A DNA stretch of 64,000 nucleotides, taken from the NCBI RefSeq assembly GCF_055900595.2, contig NZ_CM148325.1, one strand, 5' to 3'. The translations under genes were made by a program, and so were the position numbers. Shown in pieces: positions 36,818 through 48,436 of this stretch. A model generated the notes under the pieces. The model was not told the origin of the DNA. It worked only from the letters and a program-made list of their open reading frames with translations, and searched no databases. Position 1 is the stretch's first letter. Every line of letters starts with the position of its first letter.

Positions 36818-37186
36818 ATGGATATTGTATTTATAGAGCAACTTTCGGTAATCACCACTATTGGTGTTTACGACTGGGAACAGACCATCGAACAGAAGTT
36901 AGTGTTTGATATCGAAATGGCGTGGGATAACCGTAAAGCGGCGAAAAGTGATGATGTGGCGGATTGCCTCAGTTACGCTGACATTGCAGAAACGGTAGTC
37001 AGCCACGTCGAGGGCGCGCGTTTTGCGCTGGTGGAACGTGTGGCGGAAGAGGTGGCGGAGCTGCTGTTAGCACGCTTCAACTCGCCGTGGGTGCGTATCA
37101 AACTCAGCAAGCCAGGCGCAGTGGCGCGGGCGGCGAATGTTGGCGTCATCATTGAGCGTGGCAATAATCTGAAAGAAAATAATTAA
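36818..37186 (+). CDS. folB: dihydroneopterin aldolase FolB
   Basis: ATG at 36818 (122 aa); ORF track begins one codon earlier at GTG. Confidence 0.92.
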   Translation: MDIVFIEQLSVITTIGVYDWEQTIEQKLVFDIEMAWDNRKAAKSDDVADCLSYADIAETVVSHVEGARFALVERVAEEVAELLLARFNSPWVRIKLSKPGAVARAANVGVIIERGNNLKENN

Positions 37187-37276
37187 TTTTACAGCTGTTA
37201 AACCAAACGGTTATAACCTGGTCATACTGCAATAGTTTGGACAAGCGTTACATTTTTATAATTTAGGGGTTTATTG

Positions 37277-38098
37277 ATGAGCGATATGCACTCGCTGCTG
37301 ATAGCGGCAATATTGGGTGTGGTCGAAGGATTGACAGAATTTCTGCCGGTATCCAGCACGGGCCATATGATTATTGTCGGTCACTTGTTGGGATTTGAGG
37401 GCGACACGGCGAAAACCTTTGAAGTCGTGATCCAGTTAGGATCAATTCTGGCGGTAGTAGTGATGTTCTGGCGACGTCTGTTTGGCCTTATTGGTATTCA
37501 CTTTGGTCGTCCGCTGCAACACGAAGGAGAAAGCAAAGGCCGTTTAACGCTGATCCACATTCTGCTTGGCATGATCCCAGCGGTAGTACTGGGGCTGTTG
37601 TTCCACGACACGATTAAGTCGTTGTTTAATCCAATAAATGTGATGTATGCGCTGGTCGTTGGCGGTCTGTTGCTGATTGCCGCCGAATGCCTGAAACCAA
37701 AAGAACCGCGTGCGCCGGGTCTCGATGATATGACCTATCGTCAGGCGTTTATGATTGGCTGCTTCCAGTGTCTGGCGCTGTGGCCAGGTTTCTCCCGTTC
37801 CGGGGCGACCATTTCAGGTGGGATGCTGATGGGCGTGAGCCGTTATGCGGCTTCTGAGTTCTCGTTCCTGCTGGCGGTGCCGATGATGATGGGCGCAACG
37901 GCGCTCGATCTCTACAAAAGCTGGGGCTTCCTGACAACTGGCGATATCCCGATGTTTGCCGTTGGGTTTATCACTGCCTTCGTAGTGGCGCTGATAGCGA
38001 TTAAAACCTTCCTGCAATTGATTAAGCGCATTTCGTTTATCCCTTTCGCCATTTATCGCTTTATTGTGGCGGCTGCGGTGTATGTCGTGTTCTTTTGA
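37277..38098 (+). CDS. uppP: undecaprenyl-diphosphate phosphatase UppP (BacA)
   Basis: ATG at 37277 (273 aa), polytopic membrane protein; ORF track begins at TTG one codon earlier. Confidence 0.92.
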
Positions 38099-38110
38099 TT
38101 GAGGAATAGT

Positions 38111-38150
38111 GTCGGATATGACGCTTGTGCGTCTTATCCGACCTGGCCGG
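38111..38150. repeat. REP element
   Basis: GTCGGATATGACGCTTGTGCGTCTTATCCGAC. Confidence 0.6.
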
Positions 38151-38178
38151 TGTTTGCAATAAATTGAAATTCAAGTGC

Positions 38179-39417
38179 TTAATCAGGCTTTGGACAACGT
38201 TGTTCCTTCCAGCTGGCTACCGCCGCAATCCGCCGTCGGGTCAGCTCTTCGCGAATCTCCACACCTTTAAATCCCGCTTCAACGACGGCTTTTGTCGGCA
38301 CTGACTGTGCCACTTCCCAGGCTTCGCGCAACCAGCGGCCTTGCGGGTAGTCCGCTGATTCAAAACCGGTTCTGCCGCGCACATCAGCCTCGCTGGTCAG
38401 CGCCAGTTGCTCGACACGCTGCGGTTTACGCCAGGCGTCGATGGAATCAAATAGTTTGACGATGGTTTTTGGGTTCAGCATTGGGAAGGTGTGGATGAGA
38501 TCGTGAAACTCAGCCACCAGTCTGGCTAAATCGCGAATTTCATTTGGCACGCGCAGACGCTGGCATAGTTGTTCCACTAACTTCACACCCACCGGGCCAT
38601 GACCATGATGACGCGGCCAAAGTTCTGGCGGCGTCAGTCCTTTACCGAGATCGTGGCATAGCGTTGCGAAACGGACATCGACCTGCGGACTTAGCATCGC
38701 CGCCATTGAGAGCGTCATTAAGGTGTGAATACCGGTGTCGATTTCCGGATGCCACTTGGCAGGGGCCGGAACGCCAAACAGGGCGTCAATTTCCGGGAAT
38801 AAAACGCGCAGTGCGCCGCAATCGCGCAGTACCTGGAAGAACACCTGGGGATTGCGGGTAGTGAGGGCGCTTTCCGTCTCTTTCCACACCCGTTCAGGCG
38901 TCAGGTGTTCCAGTTCACCCGCGTGGGTCATCTCGCGCATCAGCGCCAGAGTTTCATCGGCAATACGAAAACCGAGGTGGGCATAACGCGCAGCAAAACG
39001 CGCCACGCGCAGTACGCGTAACGGATCTTCGCCAAAAGCGGGGGAAACATGGCGCAACAGACGATTTTGCAGATCGCCCAGACCGTTGTACGGGTCGATA
39101 ATCTCGCCGTTATCGTCCTGGGCCAGCGCATTAATGGTCAGATCGCGCCGCTTAAGATCATCTTCCAGCGTGACATCCGGTGCGGCATAGCAGGTAAAAC
39201 CGGTGTAACCGGAACCGGATTTCCGTTCGGTACGTGCCAGCGCATACTCTTCATGCGTTTGCGGATGCAGAAAAACAGGAAAATCGCGGCCTACCTGCTG
39301 GTAGCCCGCGTCGAGCATCTCCTGTGGCGTACTACCGACTACCACCCAATCTCTGTCTTTGACCGGTAGCCCTAACAATGCATCCCGAACAGCACCACCG
39401 ACCAGATAAATCTTCAC
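38179..39417 (-). CDS. cca: tRNA nucleotidyltransferase (CCA-adding enzyme) with HD domain
   Basis: 412 aa, GTG start (plus CAC at 39415-39417), [17 protein letters not shown]-terminus. Confidence 0.93.
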   Translation of the reverse strand: MKIYLVGGAVRDALLGLPVKDRDWVVVGSTPQEMLDAGYQQVGRDFPVFLHPQTHEEYALARTERKSGSGYTGFTCYAAPDVTLEDDLKRRDLTINALAQDDNGEIIDPYNGLGDLQNRLLRHVSPAFGEDPLRVLRVARFAARYAHLGFRIADETLALMREMTHAGELEHLTPERVWKETESALTTRNPQVFFQVLRDCGALRVLFPEIDALFGVPAPAKWHPEIDTGIHTLMTLSMAAMLSPQVDVRFATLCHDLGKGLTPPELWPRHHGHGPVGVKLVEQLCQRLRVPNEIRDLARLVAEFHDLIHTFPMLNPKTIVKLFDSIDAWRKPQRVEQLALTSEADVRGRTGFESADYPQGRWLREAWEVAQSVPTKAVVEAGFKGVEIREELTRRRIAAVASWKEQRCPKPD

Positions 39418-39480
39418 GCCATCATCCCTTCGTCAAATACACAATTCCTAATAATAAGACAGTGCAACGAAGAAGGCGAT

Positions 39481-40101
39481 TTAGTTCATCCAGCGATCTT
39501 TACGTTTGCGCGTTGGGATCAGGTGCGGCAGTACCAGACCGAGCAGCAAGCCAAGCCCCAGCACGCCGCCACCATACATAAACCACTGCATGATGATGGT
39601 GCGCTGTTTGTCATCCAGCTGCACGCTGGCGGCATCGACCTTTTTCTGCGCGACAATCAGCTCGTTTTTCAGTTTCTGATTTTCTTCTTTTAACCCGTTG
39701 ATCACGCTGTCGCTCTGCGCCACTTTTTGCTGCATTTCTGCGGTGCGCTGATTCCAGGTGTTATCGATATTGGTGAGCTTATCGGTCAGGGTTTTGACCT
39801 GATTTTCCAGATCTGGCACACGGGAGCGCAGGCTTGGCTCTGTGCTAAGTTGTTTCAACGGGATCCAGGCAGTACGGCCAGAGCTGTCTTTCACCTGGGC
39901 ATAATTGGTGTTGGCGTCAGTTTGTAATAAGGTCACTTCCTCGCCGGCGTTAACCGTGCCCACGAGGCGATAATGGTCTCCCGGACCGCTACGGACCCAG
40001 GTATTCAGTTCGTCAGAAACATAGCGCGTTTCTTCAGCGTGTGAGACGGCAGTGGCGCTAAGCGCGAGTAAAGTTAATCCGATCAGGCGTAATTTTGGCA
40101 T
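39481..40101 (-). CDS. ygiM: membrane-anchored SH3-domain protein YgiM
   Basis: 206 aa with signal/anchor, coiled-coil segment and C-terminal TM helix. Confidence 0.88.
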   Translation of the reverse strand: MPKLRLIGLTLLALSATAVSHAEETRYVSDELNTWVRSGPGDHYRLVGTVNAGEEVTLLQTDANTNYAQVKDSSGRTAWIPLKQLSTEPSLRSRVPDLENQVKTLTDKLTNIDNTWNQRTAEMQQKVAQSDSVINGLKEENQKLKNELIVAQKKVDAASVQLDDKQRTIIMQWFMYGGGVLGLGLLLGLVLPHLIPTRKRKDRWMN

Positions 40102-40443
40102 CAGGCTGTCGTTATTGTCATGGAAAGTGGAACGATAGTAGTGGCATCAGTGTCGCTACGCAAAGCATTCGACATCAATCGGAATCCTCTGTGTCAGGTC
40201 TTGCCACTGCTTCAAACTTTTACGCCCGTCAAATTGCCCGTTGCATGGCAATTTGGCGCAAAATACTATCTACTGACAAAAAAGATCGCATTAAGTTCGC
40301 CGTTCATCGTCACTTATGTGACATAACCGATAAGTAAAGGCCTTGACATCCTCCCCCACCTTCGCGCAAAGCGACTCAGGAGGGGGATTCCCTTGTCAGG
40401 GTAGCAATACGTTGCCGCATTGCCCGGTTCCTCGCTCGACGGC

Positions 40444-41649
40444 TTACGCCGCCTTACGGGCGCGTCCTTTACGGACTGACGGCAATATTTGTCCTGCCGC
40501 CATGACTTCAAAACCTGCTGTTAATATATTGCGAGCGCCGTTTACATCGGCGTTTGCCGTATAGCCGCACGCGGTACAGATAAAGCTCGCCTGCGTCCTG
40601 CGGTTATTTTTCGATGTATGCCCACAACATGCGCATTTCTGACTGGTGTACGCCGGATTAATCGCCAGCACATCACCGCCGCGCCATGCCTGCTTATATT
40701 CGAGCTGGCGGCGCATTTCTGCCCAGCCCTGATCCAGTATCGCCCGGTTAAGACCTGATTTTGCCGCGACGTTGCGCCCCGGCTGGTCTACCGTACCCGC
40801 TGCTGATTTTGACATGTTCGAAACCTTTAAATCCTCAATGACTATCATCGCGTGGTTTTTGCTGATCGTCGTCGTGGTTTTATGAAGGTAATCGCGGCGG
40901 ATGTTTGCGATATGAGAGTGGAAACGGGAAATCTTCGCTTTCTGCTTTTTCCAGTTGGCGGAGAATTTAACCATCCGGGCCAGACGGCGCTGTAAGCGAG
41001 CCAGCTTATCCTGATTTTTTTTAAAGCTGTTTACCGGTTCAAAGACCGTGCCGTCTGAAAGTGTTGCCAGCTTTGTTATACCTGCATCCAGGCCTATTGC
41101 GCTGGTCGATGCGTGAATCGGATCGGTAACAGCTAATTCGACCTGAAAAGACACATACCAGTGTCCGGCATGCTGGCTGATGGTGCAATTTTTAATGACG
41201 CCTTCAATCTTCCGGGACTGACGAAATTTAACCCAGCCCAGTCCTGACGAGAGTTTCACACGGCCATAATCCAGCCCACAATATTTGCTGAAATTGACGA
41301 ACCGGATAGAGTCGCAGCCTTTGGTTTTCTTTTTGAAAACGGGCTTTTCAGCCGTCAGGGATTTATCAAAACAGCGATCCCATGCGCTCCGCAGGTCTTT
41401 CAGTTTCTGCTGGAGGTTGTCAGTGTAACCCTCAGCAAGAAAGGCCAGCTCAGGGAGTTTTTTCCAGCCCGTAAGTCGTTTATTCAGGTCGAAAGCTGAC
41501 GGAATTTTTCCGCCCGCGTCATGAATGCTCAGTGTTTCATTCAGTGCATAGTTCCAGACAAAGCGAGCGCAACCGCACAACTGACGCAACCTTTGCGCCT
41601 GCTGGTCAGTGGGGTAGAGCCTGTATTTATATGCTTTCTGGATTAACAT
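40444..41649 (-). CDS. tnpB: TnpB (OrfB) RuvC-like nuclease, IS605 family
   Basis: 401 aa; N-terminus MLIQKAYKYRLYPT; RuvC D (IGLDAG), E (IVIEDL), D (NADVNGA) residues and CxxC...CxxC zinc finger all present. Confidence 0.9.
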   Translation of the reverse strand: MLIQKAYKYRLYPTDQQAQRLRQLCGCARFVWNYALNETLSIHDAGGKIPSAFDLNKRLTGWKKLPELAFLAEGYTDNLQQKLKDLRSAWDRCFDKSLTAEKPVFKKKTKGCDSIRFVNFSKYCGLDYGRVKLSSGLGWVKFRQSRKIEGVIKNCTISQHAGHWYVSFQVELAVTDPIHASTSAIGLDAGITKLATLSDGTVFEPVNSFKKNQDKLARLQRRLARMVKFSANWKKQKAKISRFHSHIANIRRDYLHKTTTTISKNHAMIVIEDLKVSNMSKSAAGTVDQPGRNVAAKSGLNRAILDQGWAEMRRQLEYKQAWRGGDVLAINPAYTSQKCACCGHTSKNNRRTQASFICTACGYTANADVNGARNILTAGFEVMAAGQILPSVRKGRARKAA

Positions 41650-41715
41650 TTTGCATTCAGTATGTGGTTATTTAGAATGTACAATATATCCACATTTTTT
41701 TGGGAGGATCAATAC

Positions 41716-42114
41716 GTGTGCGAAATCAATCGTTCACGCTATTCAGCTTACCTGTTGCATGTTCACGTTGTTTTTATGACAAAATACCGCCGTCCAGTTT
41801 TTGGTGAATTGCATCATGCAAACATGCGTCAGTATGTAGCGGAGGTATGCGCGGACTTTGGCGCCGAGTTAAAGGAATGTGACGGCGAGGCAGATCATGT
41901 TCACATGCTGATTGAATACCCACCGTTGGTGCAACTCACAAAGCTGGTAAACAGCCTTAAGTCCGTTACCAGTAGGCGGCTGCGGAATGATTTTATTGAT
42001 TTGCGCGCCGCGTATTCAAAGCCCGTACTCTGGTCACGCTCTTATTTCATCGGTTCATGTGGTGGAGCACCGCTGGAAGTTGTGAAAAAGTATATTCAGA
42101 ATCAGCGTGGCTGA
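41716..42114 (+). CDS. tnpA: TnpA Y1 (HuH) transposase, IS200/IS605 family
   Basis: HVHMLIEYPP HuH motif and catalytic Tyr in WSRSYFIGSCGG; start placed at GTG 41716 after GGGAGGA RBS (132 aa); first in-frame ATG is at 41662. Confidence 0.82.
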   Translation: MCEINRSRYSAYLLHVHVVFMTKYRRPVFGELHHANMRQYVAEVCADFGAELKECDGEADHVHMLIEYPPLVQLTKLVNSLKSVTSRRLRNDFIDLRAAYSKPVLWSRSYFIGSCGGAPLEVVKKYIQNQRG

Positions 42115-42184
42115 TAAACTGCGGGCTTAACAGCCCAAATTCCCCTCCCGCCTACGTTGGGGGGGAGTACCCAGTGGAGGAAGG

Positions 42185-43486
42185 ATGGCTCAGGAAATCG
42201 AATTAAAGTTTATTGTTAATCACAGTGCCGTTGAGGCGTTGCGTGACCATCTCAATACGCTGGGCGGCGAGCACCATGACCCCGTGCAGTTGCTGAATAT
42301 TTACTACGAAACGCTGGATAACTGGCTGCGTGGGCACGACATGGGCTTACGTATCCGTGGCGAAAACGGTCGCTATGAGATGACCATGAAAGTTGCAGGA
42401 AGAGTGACAGGCGGCTTACACCAGCGCCCGGAATATAACGTGGCTTTGAGCGAACCGACGCTCGACCTGGCGCAGTTACCGACGGAAGTCTGGCCGAACG
42501 GCGAATTGCCTGCCGATCTCGCTTCCCGCGTACAACCGCTGTTCAGCACCGATTTTTATCGCGAAAAGTGGCTGGTAGAGGTCGATGGTAGCCAAATTGA
42601 AATCGCTCTCGACCAGGGGGAAGTGAAAGCGGGGGAATTTGCTGAGCCTATCTGCGAGCTTGAACTGGAACTGCTTAGCGGCGACACGCGCGCCGTGCTG
42701 AAACTGGCGAACCAACTGGTATCGCAAACCGGATTACGTCAGGGCAGCCTGAGCAAAGCCGCGCGCGGCTATCATCTGGCGCAGGGCAATCCCGCGCGTG
42801 AAATCAAACCGACCACCATTTTGCATGTTGCGGCAAAAGCCGATGTGGAACAGGGGCTGGAAGCGGCGCTCGAGCTGGCGTTAGCGCAATGGCAGTATCA
42901 TGAAGAACTGTGGGTCCGCGGCAACGATGCGGCGAAAGAGCAAGTGCTGGCTGCCATTGGCCTGGTCCGTCATACGCTGATGCTGTTCGGTGGCATTGTG
43001 CCGCGTAAAGCGAGCACTCACTTACGTGACCTGCTGACTCAATGCGAAGCGACCATCGCATCTGCGGTGTCTGCCGTAACGGCGGTCTACTCTACCGAAA
43101 CGGCGATGGCGAAGCTGGCGTTGACCGAATGGCTGGTAAGCAAAGCCTGGCAGCCGTTTTTAGATGCCAAAGCGCAGGGCAAAATCAGCGATTCTTTCAA
43201 ACGCTTTGCCGATATCCATCTTTCCCGCCATGCCGCTGAACTGAAAAGCGTTTTCTGCCAGCCATTAGGCGATCGCTACCGTGACCAATTGCCGCGCCTG
43301 ACGCGTGACATTGACTCAATATTGTTGCTGGCGGGTTACTACGATCCTCTCGTCGCGCAAGCCTGGCTGGAGAACTGGCAGGGACTGCGTCATGCCATTG
43401 CGACCGGGCAACGCATTGAAATTGAACATTTCCGTAATGAGGCAAACAATCAGGAACCGTTCTGGTTGCACAGCGGAAAACGTTAA
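42185..43486 (+). CDS. ygiF: inorganic triphosphatase YgiF (CYTH plus CHAD)
   Basis: 433 aa, N-terminal CYTH EIELKF motif; GGAGG RBS. Confidence 0.9.
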   Translation: MAQEIELKFIVNHSAVEALRDHLNTLGGEHHDPVQLLNIYYETLDNWLRGHDMGLRIRGENGRYEMTMKVAGRVTGGLHQRPEYNVALSEPTLDLAQLPTEVWPNGELPADLASRVQPLFSTDFYREKWLVEVDGSQIEIALDQGEVKAGEFAEPICELELELLSGDTRAVLKLANQLVSQTGLRQGSLSKAARGYHLAQGNPAREIKPTTILHVAAKADVEQGLEAALELALAQWQYHEELWVRGNDAAKEQVLAAIGLVRHTLMLFGGIVPRKASTHLRDLLTQCEATIASAVSAVTAVYSTETAMAKLALTEWLVSKAWQPFLDAKAQGKISDSFKRFADIHLSRHAAELKSVFCQPLGDRYRDQLPRLTRDIDSILLLAGYYDPLVAQAWLENWQGLRHAIATGQRIEIEHFRNEANNQEPFWLHSGKR

Positions 43487-43508
43487 TCAGGCAAGGATAA
43501 AATCGCTT

Positions 43509-46349
43509 ATGAAGCCGCTCTCTTCACCGTTACAGCAGTACTGGCAGACCGTTGTTGAGCGGCTGCCAGCGCCTTTAGCCGAGGAATCACTTAGCGCACA
43601 GGCGAAGTCAGTACTTACCTTCAGTGATTTTGTGCAGGACAGCGTAATTGCGCATCCAGAGTGGCTGACGGAACTGGAAAGCCAGCCGCCGCAGGCCGAC
43701 GAATGGCAGCATTACGGTGCATGGTTGCAGAAGGCGCTCAGTGATGTAAGCGACGAAGCAGGGTTAATGCGTGAGCTGCGTCTGTTCCGGCGGCGCATTA
43801 TGGTGCGCATTGCCTGGGCGCAAACGCTGGCACTGGTTACTGAAGAGAGCATATTGCAGCAGCTCAGCCATCTGGCGGAGACATTGATTGTCGCCGCGCG
43901 TGACTGGCTGTATGAGGCCTGCTGCCGCGAGTGGGGTACGCCCTGCAATGCGCAGGGTGAAGCGCAACCGCTGCTGATTTTAGGCATGGGTAAACTGGGC
44001 GGCGGGGAGCTGAATTTTTCCTCAGATATCGATCTGATTTTTGTCTGGCCGGAACATGGTTGCACGCAGGGCGGACGCAGGGAACTGGATAACGCTCAGT
44101 TCTTTACCCGCATGGGTCAGCGGCTGATTAAAGTGCTGGATCAACCAACGCAGGATGGTTTTGTTTATCGCGTGGATATGCGACTGCGTCCGTTTGGCGA
44201 AAGTGGCCCGCTGGTGCTGAGCTTTGCGGCACTGGAAGACTATTACCAGGAGCAGGGGCGCGACTGGGAGCGTTACGCGATGGTCAAGGCGCGGATTATG
44301 GGGGATAGCGAAGGCGTCTATGCTAACGAGTTGCGTGCGATGCTGCGCCCGTTTGTTTTCCGCCGTTACATCGATTTCAGCGTCATCCAGTCGCTGCGCA
44401 ACATGAAAGGGATGATTGCCCGTGAAGTACGTCGTCGTGGTTTGACCGATAACATCAAACTTGGCGCGGGTGGCATTCGCGAAATTGAATTTATCGTCCA
44501 GGTATTCCAGCTCATTCGCGGCGGGCGCGAACCGTCGCTGCAATCGCGCTCTTTACTGCCAACGCTCAGCGCCATTGCCGCGCTGCATCTGCTTTCTGAA
44601 AACGATGCCGAACAATTGCGAGTGGCGTATCTCTTCCTGCGGCGTCTGGAAAACCTGCTGCAAAGCATTAACGACGAACAAACTCAGACGCTTCCTTCGG
44701 ATGAGCTTAACCGTGCGCGGCTGGCATGGGCAATGGATTTCGCGGACTGGCCGCAACTAACCGGGGCGCTGACCGGACATATGACCAATGTGCGCCGGGT
44801 GTTTAACGAATTGATTGGCGATGACGAAAGCGAAACACAGGAAGAGTCGCTATCGGAACAGTGGCGTGAGTTGTGGCAGGATGCGTTGCAGGAAGATGAC
44901 ACTACGCCAGTACTGGCGCATCTTAGCGAAGATGATCGCAAACAGGTGCTAACACTGATTGCCGATTTCCGCAAAGAGCTGGATAAGCGCACAATCGGGC
45001 CGCGAGGACGTCAGGTGCTCGACCATCTGATGCCGCATCTGCTAAGTGATGTCTGTGCGCGTGAAGACGCTGCTGTCACGCTGTCGCGCATTACGGCTTT
45101 GCTGGTGGGGATTGTTACCCGCACTACCTATCTTGAGCTGCTTAGTGAATTCCCCGCAGCGCTTAAGCATTTGATTTCGCTGTGCGCCGCATCGCCGATG
45201 ATTGCCAGCCAACTGGCGCGTTATCCATTATTGCTGGACGAACTGCTCGATCCGAACACTCTTTACCAGCCGACGGCGACGGATGCCTACCGTGATGAAC
45301 TGCGCCAGTATTTGCTGCGCGTGCCGGAAGATGACGAAGAACAACAGCTTGAGGCGCTGCGTCAGTTCAAACAGGCGCAACTGTTACGTATTGCGGCAGC
45401 GGATATCGCCGGTACGCTACCGGTAATGAAAGTGAGCGATCACTTAACCTGGCTGGCGGAAGCTATGATAGATGCCGTCGTTCAGCAGGCGTGGGTTCAA
45501 ATGGTTGCCCGCTACGGTAAACCGAATCACCTGAACGAACGCGAAGGGCGTGGTTTTGCGGTGGTCGGCTACGGCAAGCTGGGCGGCTGGGAGTTAGGCT
45601 ACAGTTCCGATCTTGACCTGATCTTCCTCCATGATTGCCCAATGGATGCGATGACTGACGGCGAGCGGGAAATCGACGGGCGACAGTTTTATCTGCGTCT
45701 GGCGCAACGCATTATGCACCTGTTCAGCACGCGAACTTCTTCCGGTATTTTGTACGAAGTGGATGCACGGCTGCGTCCGTCCGGGGCGGCGGGAATGCTG
45801 GTTACCTCTGCAGAAGCGTTTGCCGATTATCAGAAAAACGAGGCCTGGACGTGGGAGCATCAGGCGCTGGTGCGTGCGCGTGTAGTGTACGGCGATCCGC
45901 AGCTCACCGCGCACTTTGACGCGGTGCGTCGCGAGATTATGACGCTGCCGCGTGAAGGTAAAACTCTGCAAACGGAAGTGCGGGAAATGCGCGAGAAAAT
46001 GCGCGCGCATCTCGGCAATAAACATCGCGATCGCTTTGATATCAAAGCCGATGAAGGCGGAATTACCGATATCGAATTTATTACCCAATATCTGGTGTTG
46101 CGCTACGCTCATGAAAAACCGAAGTTAACGCGCTGGTCAGACAACGTGCGTATTCTGGAGCTGCTGGCGCAAAACGACATTATGGAAGAGCAGGAAGCGA
46201 TGGCGCTGACCCGTGCTTACACGACGCTGCGCGATGAACTTCATCATCTGGCATTACAGGAATTGCCGGGTCATGTGCCGGAAGATTGCTTTACCGCAGA
46301 GCGTGAACTGGTGCGGGCAAGCTGGCAGAAGTGGCTGGTGGAAGAATGA
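43509..46349 (+). CDS. glnE: glutamine synthetase adenylyltransferase/adenylyl-removing enzyme GlnE
   Basis: start at ATG for [12 protein letters not shown] (946 aa); two nucleotidyltransferase domains; ORF track extension upstream overlaps ygiF. Confidence 0.93.
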   Translation: MKPLSSPLQQYWQTVVERLPAPLAEESLSAQAKSVLTFSDFVQDSVIAHPEWLTELESQPPQADEWQHYGAWLQKALSDVSDEAGLMRELRLFRRRIMVRIAWAQTLALVTEESILQQLSHLAETLIVAARDWLYEACCREWGTPCNAQGEAQPLLILGMGKLGGGELNFSSDIDLIFVWPEHGCTQGGRRELDNAQFFTRMGQRLIKVLDQPTQDGFVYRVDMRLRPFGESGPLVLSFAALEDYYQEQGRDWERYAMVKARIMGDSEGVYANELRAMLRPFVFRRYIDFSVIQSLRNMKGMIAREVRRRGLTDNIKLGAGGIREIEFIVQVFQLIRGGREPSLQSRSLLPTLSAIAALHLLSENDAEQLRVAYLFLRRLENLLQSINDEQTQTLPSDELNRARLAWAMDFADWPQLTGALTGHMTNVRRVFNELIGDDESETQEESLSEQWRELWQDALQEDDTTPVLAHLSEDDRKQVLTLIADFRKELDKRTIGPRGRQVLDHLMPHLLSDVCAREDAAVTLSRITALLVGIVTRTTYLELLSEFPAALKHLISLCAASPMIASQLARYPLLLDELLDPNTLYQPTATDAYRDELRQYLLRVPEDDEEQQLEALRQFKQAQLLRIAAADIAGTLPVMKVSDHLTWLAEAMIDAVVQQAWVQMVARYGKPNHLNEREGRGFAVVGYGKLGGWELGYSSDLDLIFLHDCPMDAMTDGEREIDGRQFYLRLAQRIMHLFSTRTSSGILYEVDARLRPSGAAGMLVTSAEAFADYQKNEAWTWEHQALVRARVVYGDPQLTAHFDAVRREIMTLPREGKTLQTEVREMREKMRAHLGNKHRDRFDIKADEGGITDIEFITQYLVLRYAHEKPKLTRWSDNVRILELLAQNDIMEEQEAMALTRAYTTLRDELHHLALQELPGHVPEDCFTAERELVRASWQKWLVEE

Positions 46350-46396
46350 AGTATGGTATTATCGCGCGCAAATTTTGAATCTCTCAGGAGACAGGA

Positions 46397-47830
46397 ATGA
46401 AAGTAACGCTGCCAGAGTTTGAACGTGCAGGAGTGATGGTGGTTGGTGATGTGATGCTGGATCGTTACTGGTACGGTCCCACCAGCCGTATCTCGCCGGA
46501 AGCGCCGGTGCCCGTGGTTAAAGTGAATACCATCGAAGAACGTCCGGGCGGCGCGGCTAACGTGGCGATGAATATCGCTTCTCTCGGTGCTAATGCACGC
46601 CTGGTCGGGTTGACGGGCATTGACGATGCGGCGCGCGCGCTGAGTAAATCTCTGGCCGACGTCAACGTCAAATGCGACTTCGTTTCTGTACCGACGCATC
46701 CGACCATCACCAAATTACGGGTACTTTCCCGCAACCAACAGCTGATCCGTCTGGATTTTGAAGAAGGTTTCGAAGGGGTTGATCCGCAGCCGCTGCACGA
46801 GCGGATTAATCAGGCGCTGAGTTCGATTGGCGCGCTGGTGCTCTCTGACTACGCGAAAGGTGCGCTGGCAAGCGTGCAGCAGATGATCCAACTGGCGCGT
46901 AAAGCGGGCGTTCCGGTGCTGATTGATCCAAAAGGCACCGATTTTGAGCGCTACCGCGGCGCTACGCTGTTAACGCCGAATCTCTCGGAATTTGAAGCTG
47001 TTGTCGGTAAATGTAAGACCGAAGAAGAGATTGTTGAGCGCGGCATGAAACTGATTGCCGATTACGAACTCTCGGCTCTGTTGGTGACCCGTTCCGAACA
47101 AGGGATGTCGCTGCTGCAACCGGGTAAAGAGCCGCTGCATATGCCAACCCAGGCGCAAGAAGTGTATGACGTCACCGGTGCGGGCGATACGGTGATTGGT
47201 GTGCTGGCAGCAACGCTGGCGGCGGGTAATTCGCTGGAAGAAGCCTGCTTCTTTGCCAACGCGGCGGCCGGTGTGGTGGTTGGCAAACTGGGAACATCCA
47301 CGGTTTCGCCGATCGAGCTGGAAAATGCAGTACGTGGACGTGCAGATACCGGCTTTGGTGTGATGACCGAAGAGGAACTGAAGCTTGCTGTAGCGGCGGC
47401 GCGTAAACGCGGTGAAAAAGTGGTGATGACCAATGGCGTCTTCGACATCCTGCACGCCGGGCACGTCTCCTATCTGGCAAATGCCCGCAAACTGGGTGAC
47501 CGCCTGATTGTCGCTGTGAACAGCGATGCCTCCACCAAACGGCTGAAAGGGGATTCCCGCCCCGTTAACCCTCTCGAACAGCGTATGATTGTGCTGGGGG
47601 CACTGGAAGCGGTCGACTGGGTGGTGTCGTTTGAAGAAGACACGCCGCAGCGCTTGATCGCCGGGATCTTGCCAGACCTGCTGGTGAAAGGCGGCGACTA
47701 TAAACCAGAAGAGATTGCCGGGAGTAAAGAAGTCTGGGCCAACGGTGGCGAAGTGTTGGTGCTCAACTTTGAAGACGGTTGCTCAACGACCAACATCATC
47801 AAGAAGATCCAACAGGATAAAAAAGGCTAA
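46397..47830 (+). CDS. hldE: bifunctional heptose 7-phosphate kinase / heptose 1-phosphate adenylyltransferase HldE
   Basis: 477 aa, N-terminal ribokinase-like and C-terminal cytidylyltransferase domains. Confidence 0.93.
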   Translation: MKVTLPEFERAGVMVVGDVMLDRYWYGPTSRISPEAPVPVVKVNTIEERPGGAANVAMNIASLGANARLVGLTGIDDAARALSKSLADVNVKCDFVSVPTHPTITKLRVLSRNQQLIRLDFEEGFEGVDPQPLHERINQALSSIGALVLSDYAKGALASVQQMIQLARKAGVPVLIDPKGTDFERYRGATLLTPNLSEFEAVVGKCKTEEEIVERGMKLIADYELSALLVTRSEQGMSLLQPGKEPLHMPTQAQEVYDVTGAGDTVIGVLAATLAAGNSLEEACFFANAAAGVVVGKLGTSTVSPIELENAVRGRADTGFGVMTEEELKLAVAAARKRGEKVVMTNGVFDILHAGHVSYLANARKLGDRLIVAVNSDASTKRLKGDSRPVNPLEQRMIVLGALEAVDWVVSFEEDTPQRLIAGILPDLLVKGGDYKPEEIAGSKEVWANGGEVLVLNFEDGCSTTNIIKKIQQDKKG

Positions 47831-47909
47831 CCGGAAAGCGGTTCACAGATCTCGCTTCGAACCAGGCAGGCCTATTGACGCTGTTGTTTTTTCAACCTAA
47901 AGTAAAGGA

Positions 47910-48060
47910 ACAAGGGTAAGGGAGGATTTCTCCCCCCTCTGAATTGGTTGTTAATAAGCCTGGAAACTTACTAGTAACAACACAATCAGTATGATGACGA
48001 ACTTCATCATAACCCTTTCCTTCTATAAGGCCCCTTCTTCGGGAGGGGCTTTCCCGTTTC
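47910..48060 (+). ncRNA. sibE: Sib antisense sRNA, copy proximal to hldE (likely sibE)
   Basis: plus-strand TTGACG-N17-TAAAGT promoter at 47875-47903; plus-strand terminator CCCCUUC-UUCG-GGAGGGG at 48031-48048 then U-rich tract; fully antisense to the ibs ORF; ends inferred. Confidence 0.6.
47951..48010 (-). CDS. ibsE: Ibs-family hydrophobic toxin peptide (19 aa, MMKFVIILIVLLLVSFQAY)
   Basis: minus-strand ATGATG start preceded by GGAAAGGG RBS, TAA stop; sequence fits the Ibs pattern. Confidence 0.75.
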   Translation of the reverse strand: MMKFVIILIVLLLVSFQAY

Positions 48061-48202
48061 AGCCCCTTGCTGACTCCCCGATTGTTGATGAGCGCCAGAC
48101 CCCGCGCAATGCTTTCCCAGAGGCAGTTTTGCCTTCCCCGAGCAGTCACGCAAAACGCTGCAACAGCCTGATCATTTGCAGTTTTTTGTGGAACACAGAT
48201 AT

Positions 48203-48231
48203 AAAAAATCCCCGGTTTTTTGGGCCAGGGA
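48203..48231 (-). terminator. intrinsic terminator copy within repeat 1 (minus strand)
   Basis: minus-strand UCCCUGG-CCCAAAAAA-CCGGGGA followed by UUUUUUAU; the G-U pair makes the stem complete only on the minus strand. Confidence 0.55.
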
Positions 48232-48286
48232 TATGTGTTAATGAAACCTTCTTGACGCTGATTTTTTTTCAACCTAAAGTAAAGGA

Positions 48287-48436
48287 ACAAGGGTAAGGGA
48301 GGATTTCTCCCCCCTCTGAATGGCCGTTAATAAGCGTGGAAACTTATCAGTAACAGCACAATCAGTATGATGACGAACTTCATCATAACCCTTTCCTTAT
48401 GTAAGGCCCCTTCCTCGGGAGGGGCTTTCCCGTTTC
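48287..48436 (+). ncRNA. sibD: Sib antisense sRNA, copy proximal to yqiK (likely sibD)
   Basis: TTGACG-N17-TAAAGT at 48252-48280; terminator hairpin at 48405-48426; antisense to second ibs ORF. Confidence 0.6.
48327..48386 (-). CDS. ibsD: Ibs-family hydrophobic toxin peptide (19 aa, MMKFVIILIVLLLISFHAY)
   Basis: second copy of the 19-codon ORF with the same RBS context. Confidence 0.75.
   Translation of the reverse strand: MMKFVIILIVLLLISFHAY

Larger units (their letters stand above)
40335..42180. mobile_element. IS200/IS605-family insertion (IS605-like layout: divergent tnpA and tnpB), about 1.85 kb
   Basis: tnpB and tnpA start codons only about 65 bp apart and divergent; GC-rich subterminal hairpins at both ends (GGGCTTAACAGCCC at 42123-42136; CCTCCCCC/GGAGGGGG motifs at 40350-40392); boundaries approximate. 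Confidence 0.7.

Noticed and set aside
43305-43508. N-terminal extension of the glnE ORF (1014 aa version)
   Set aside because: The extension overlaps the 3' end of ygiF; the GlnE-like N-terminus [12 protein letters not shown] begins at ATG 43509.
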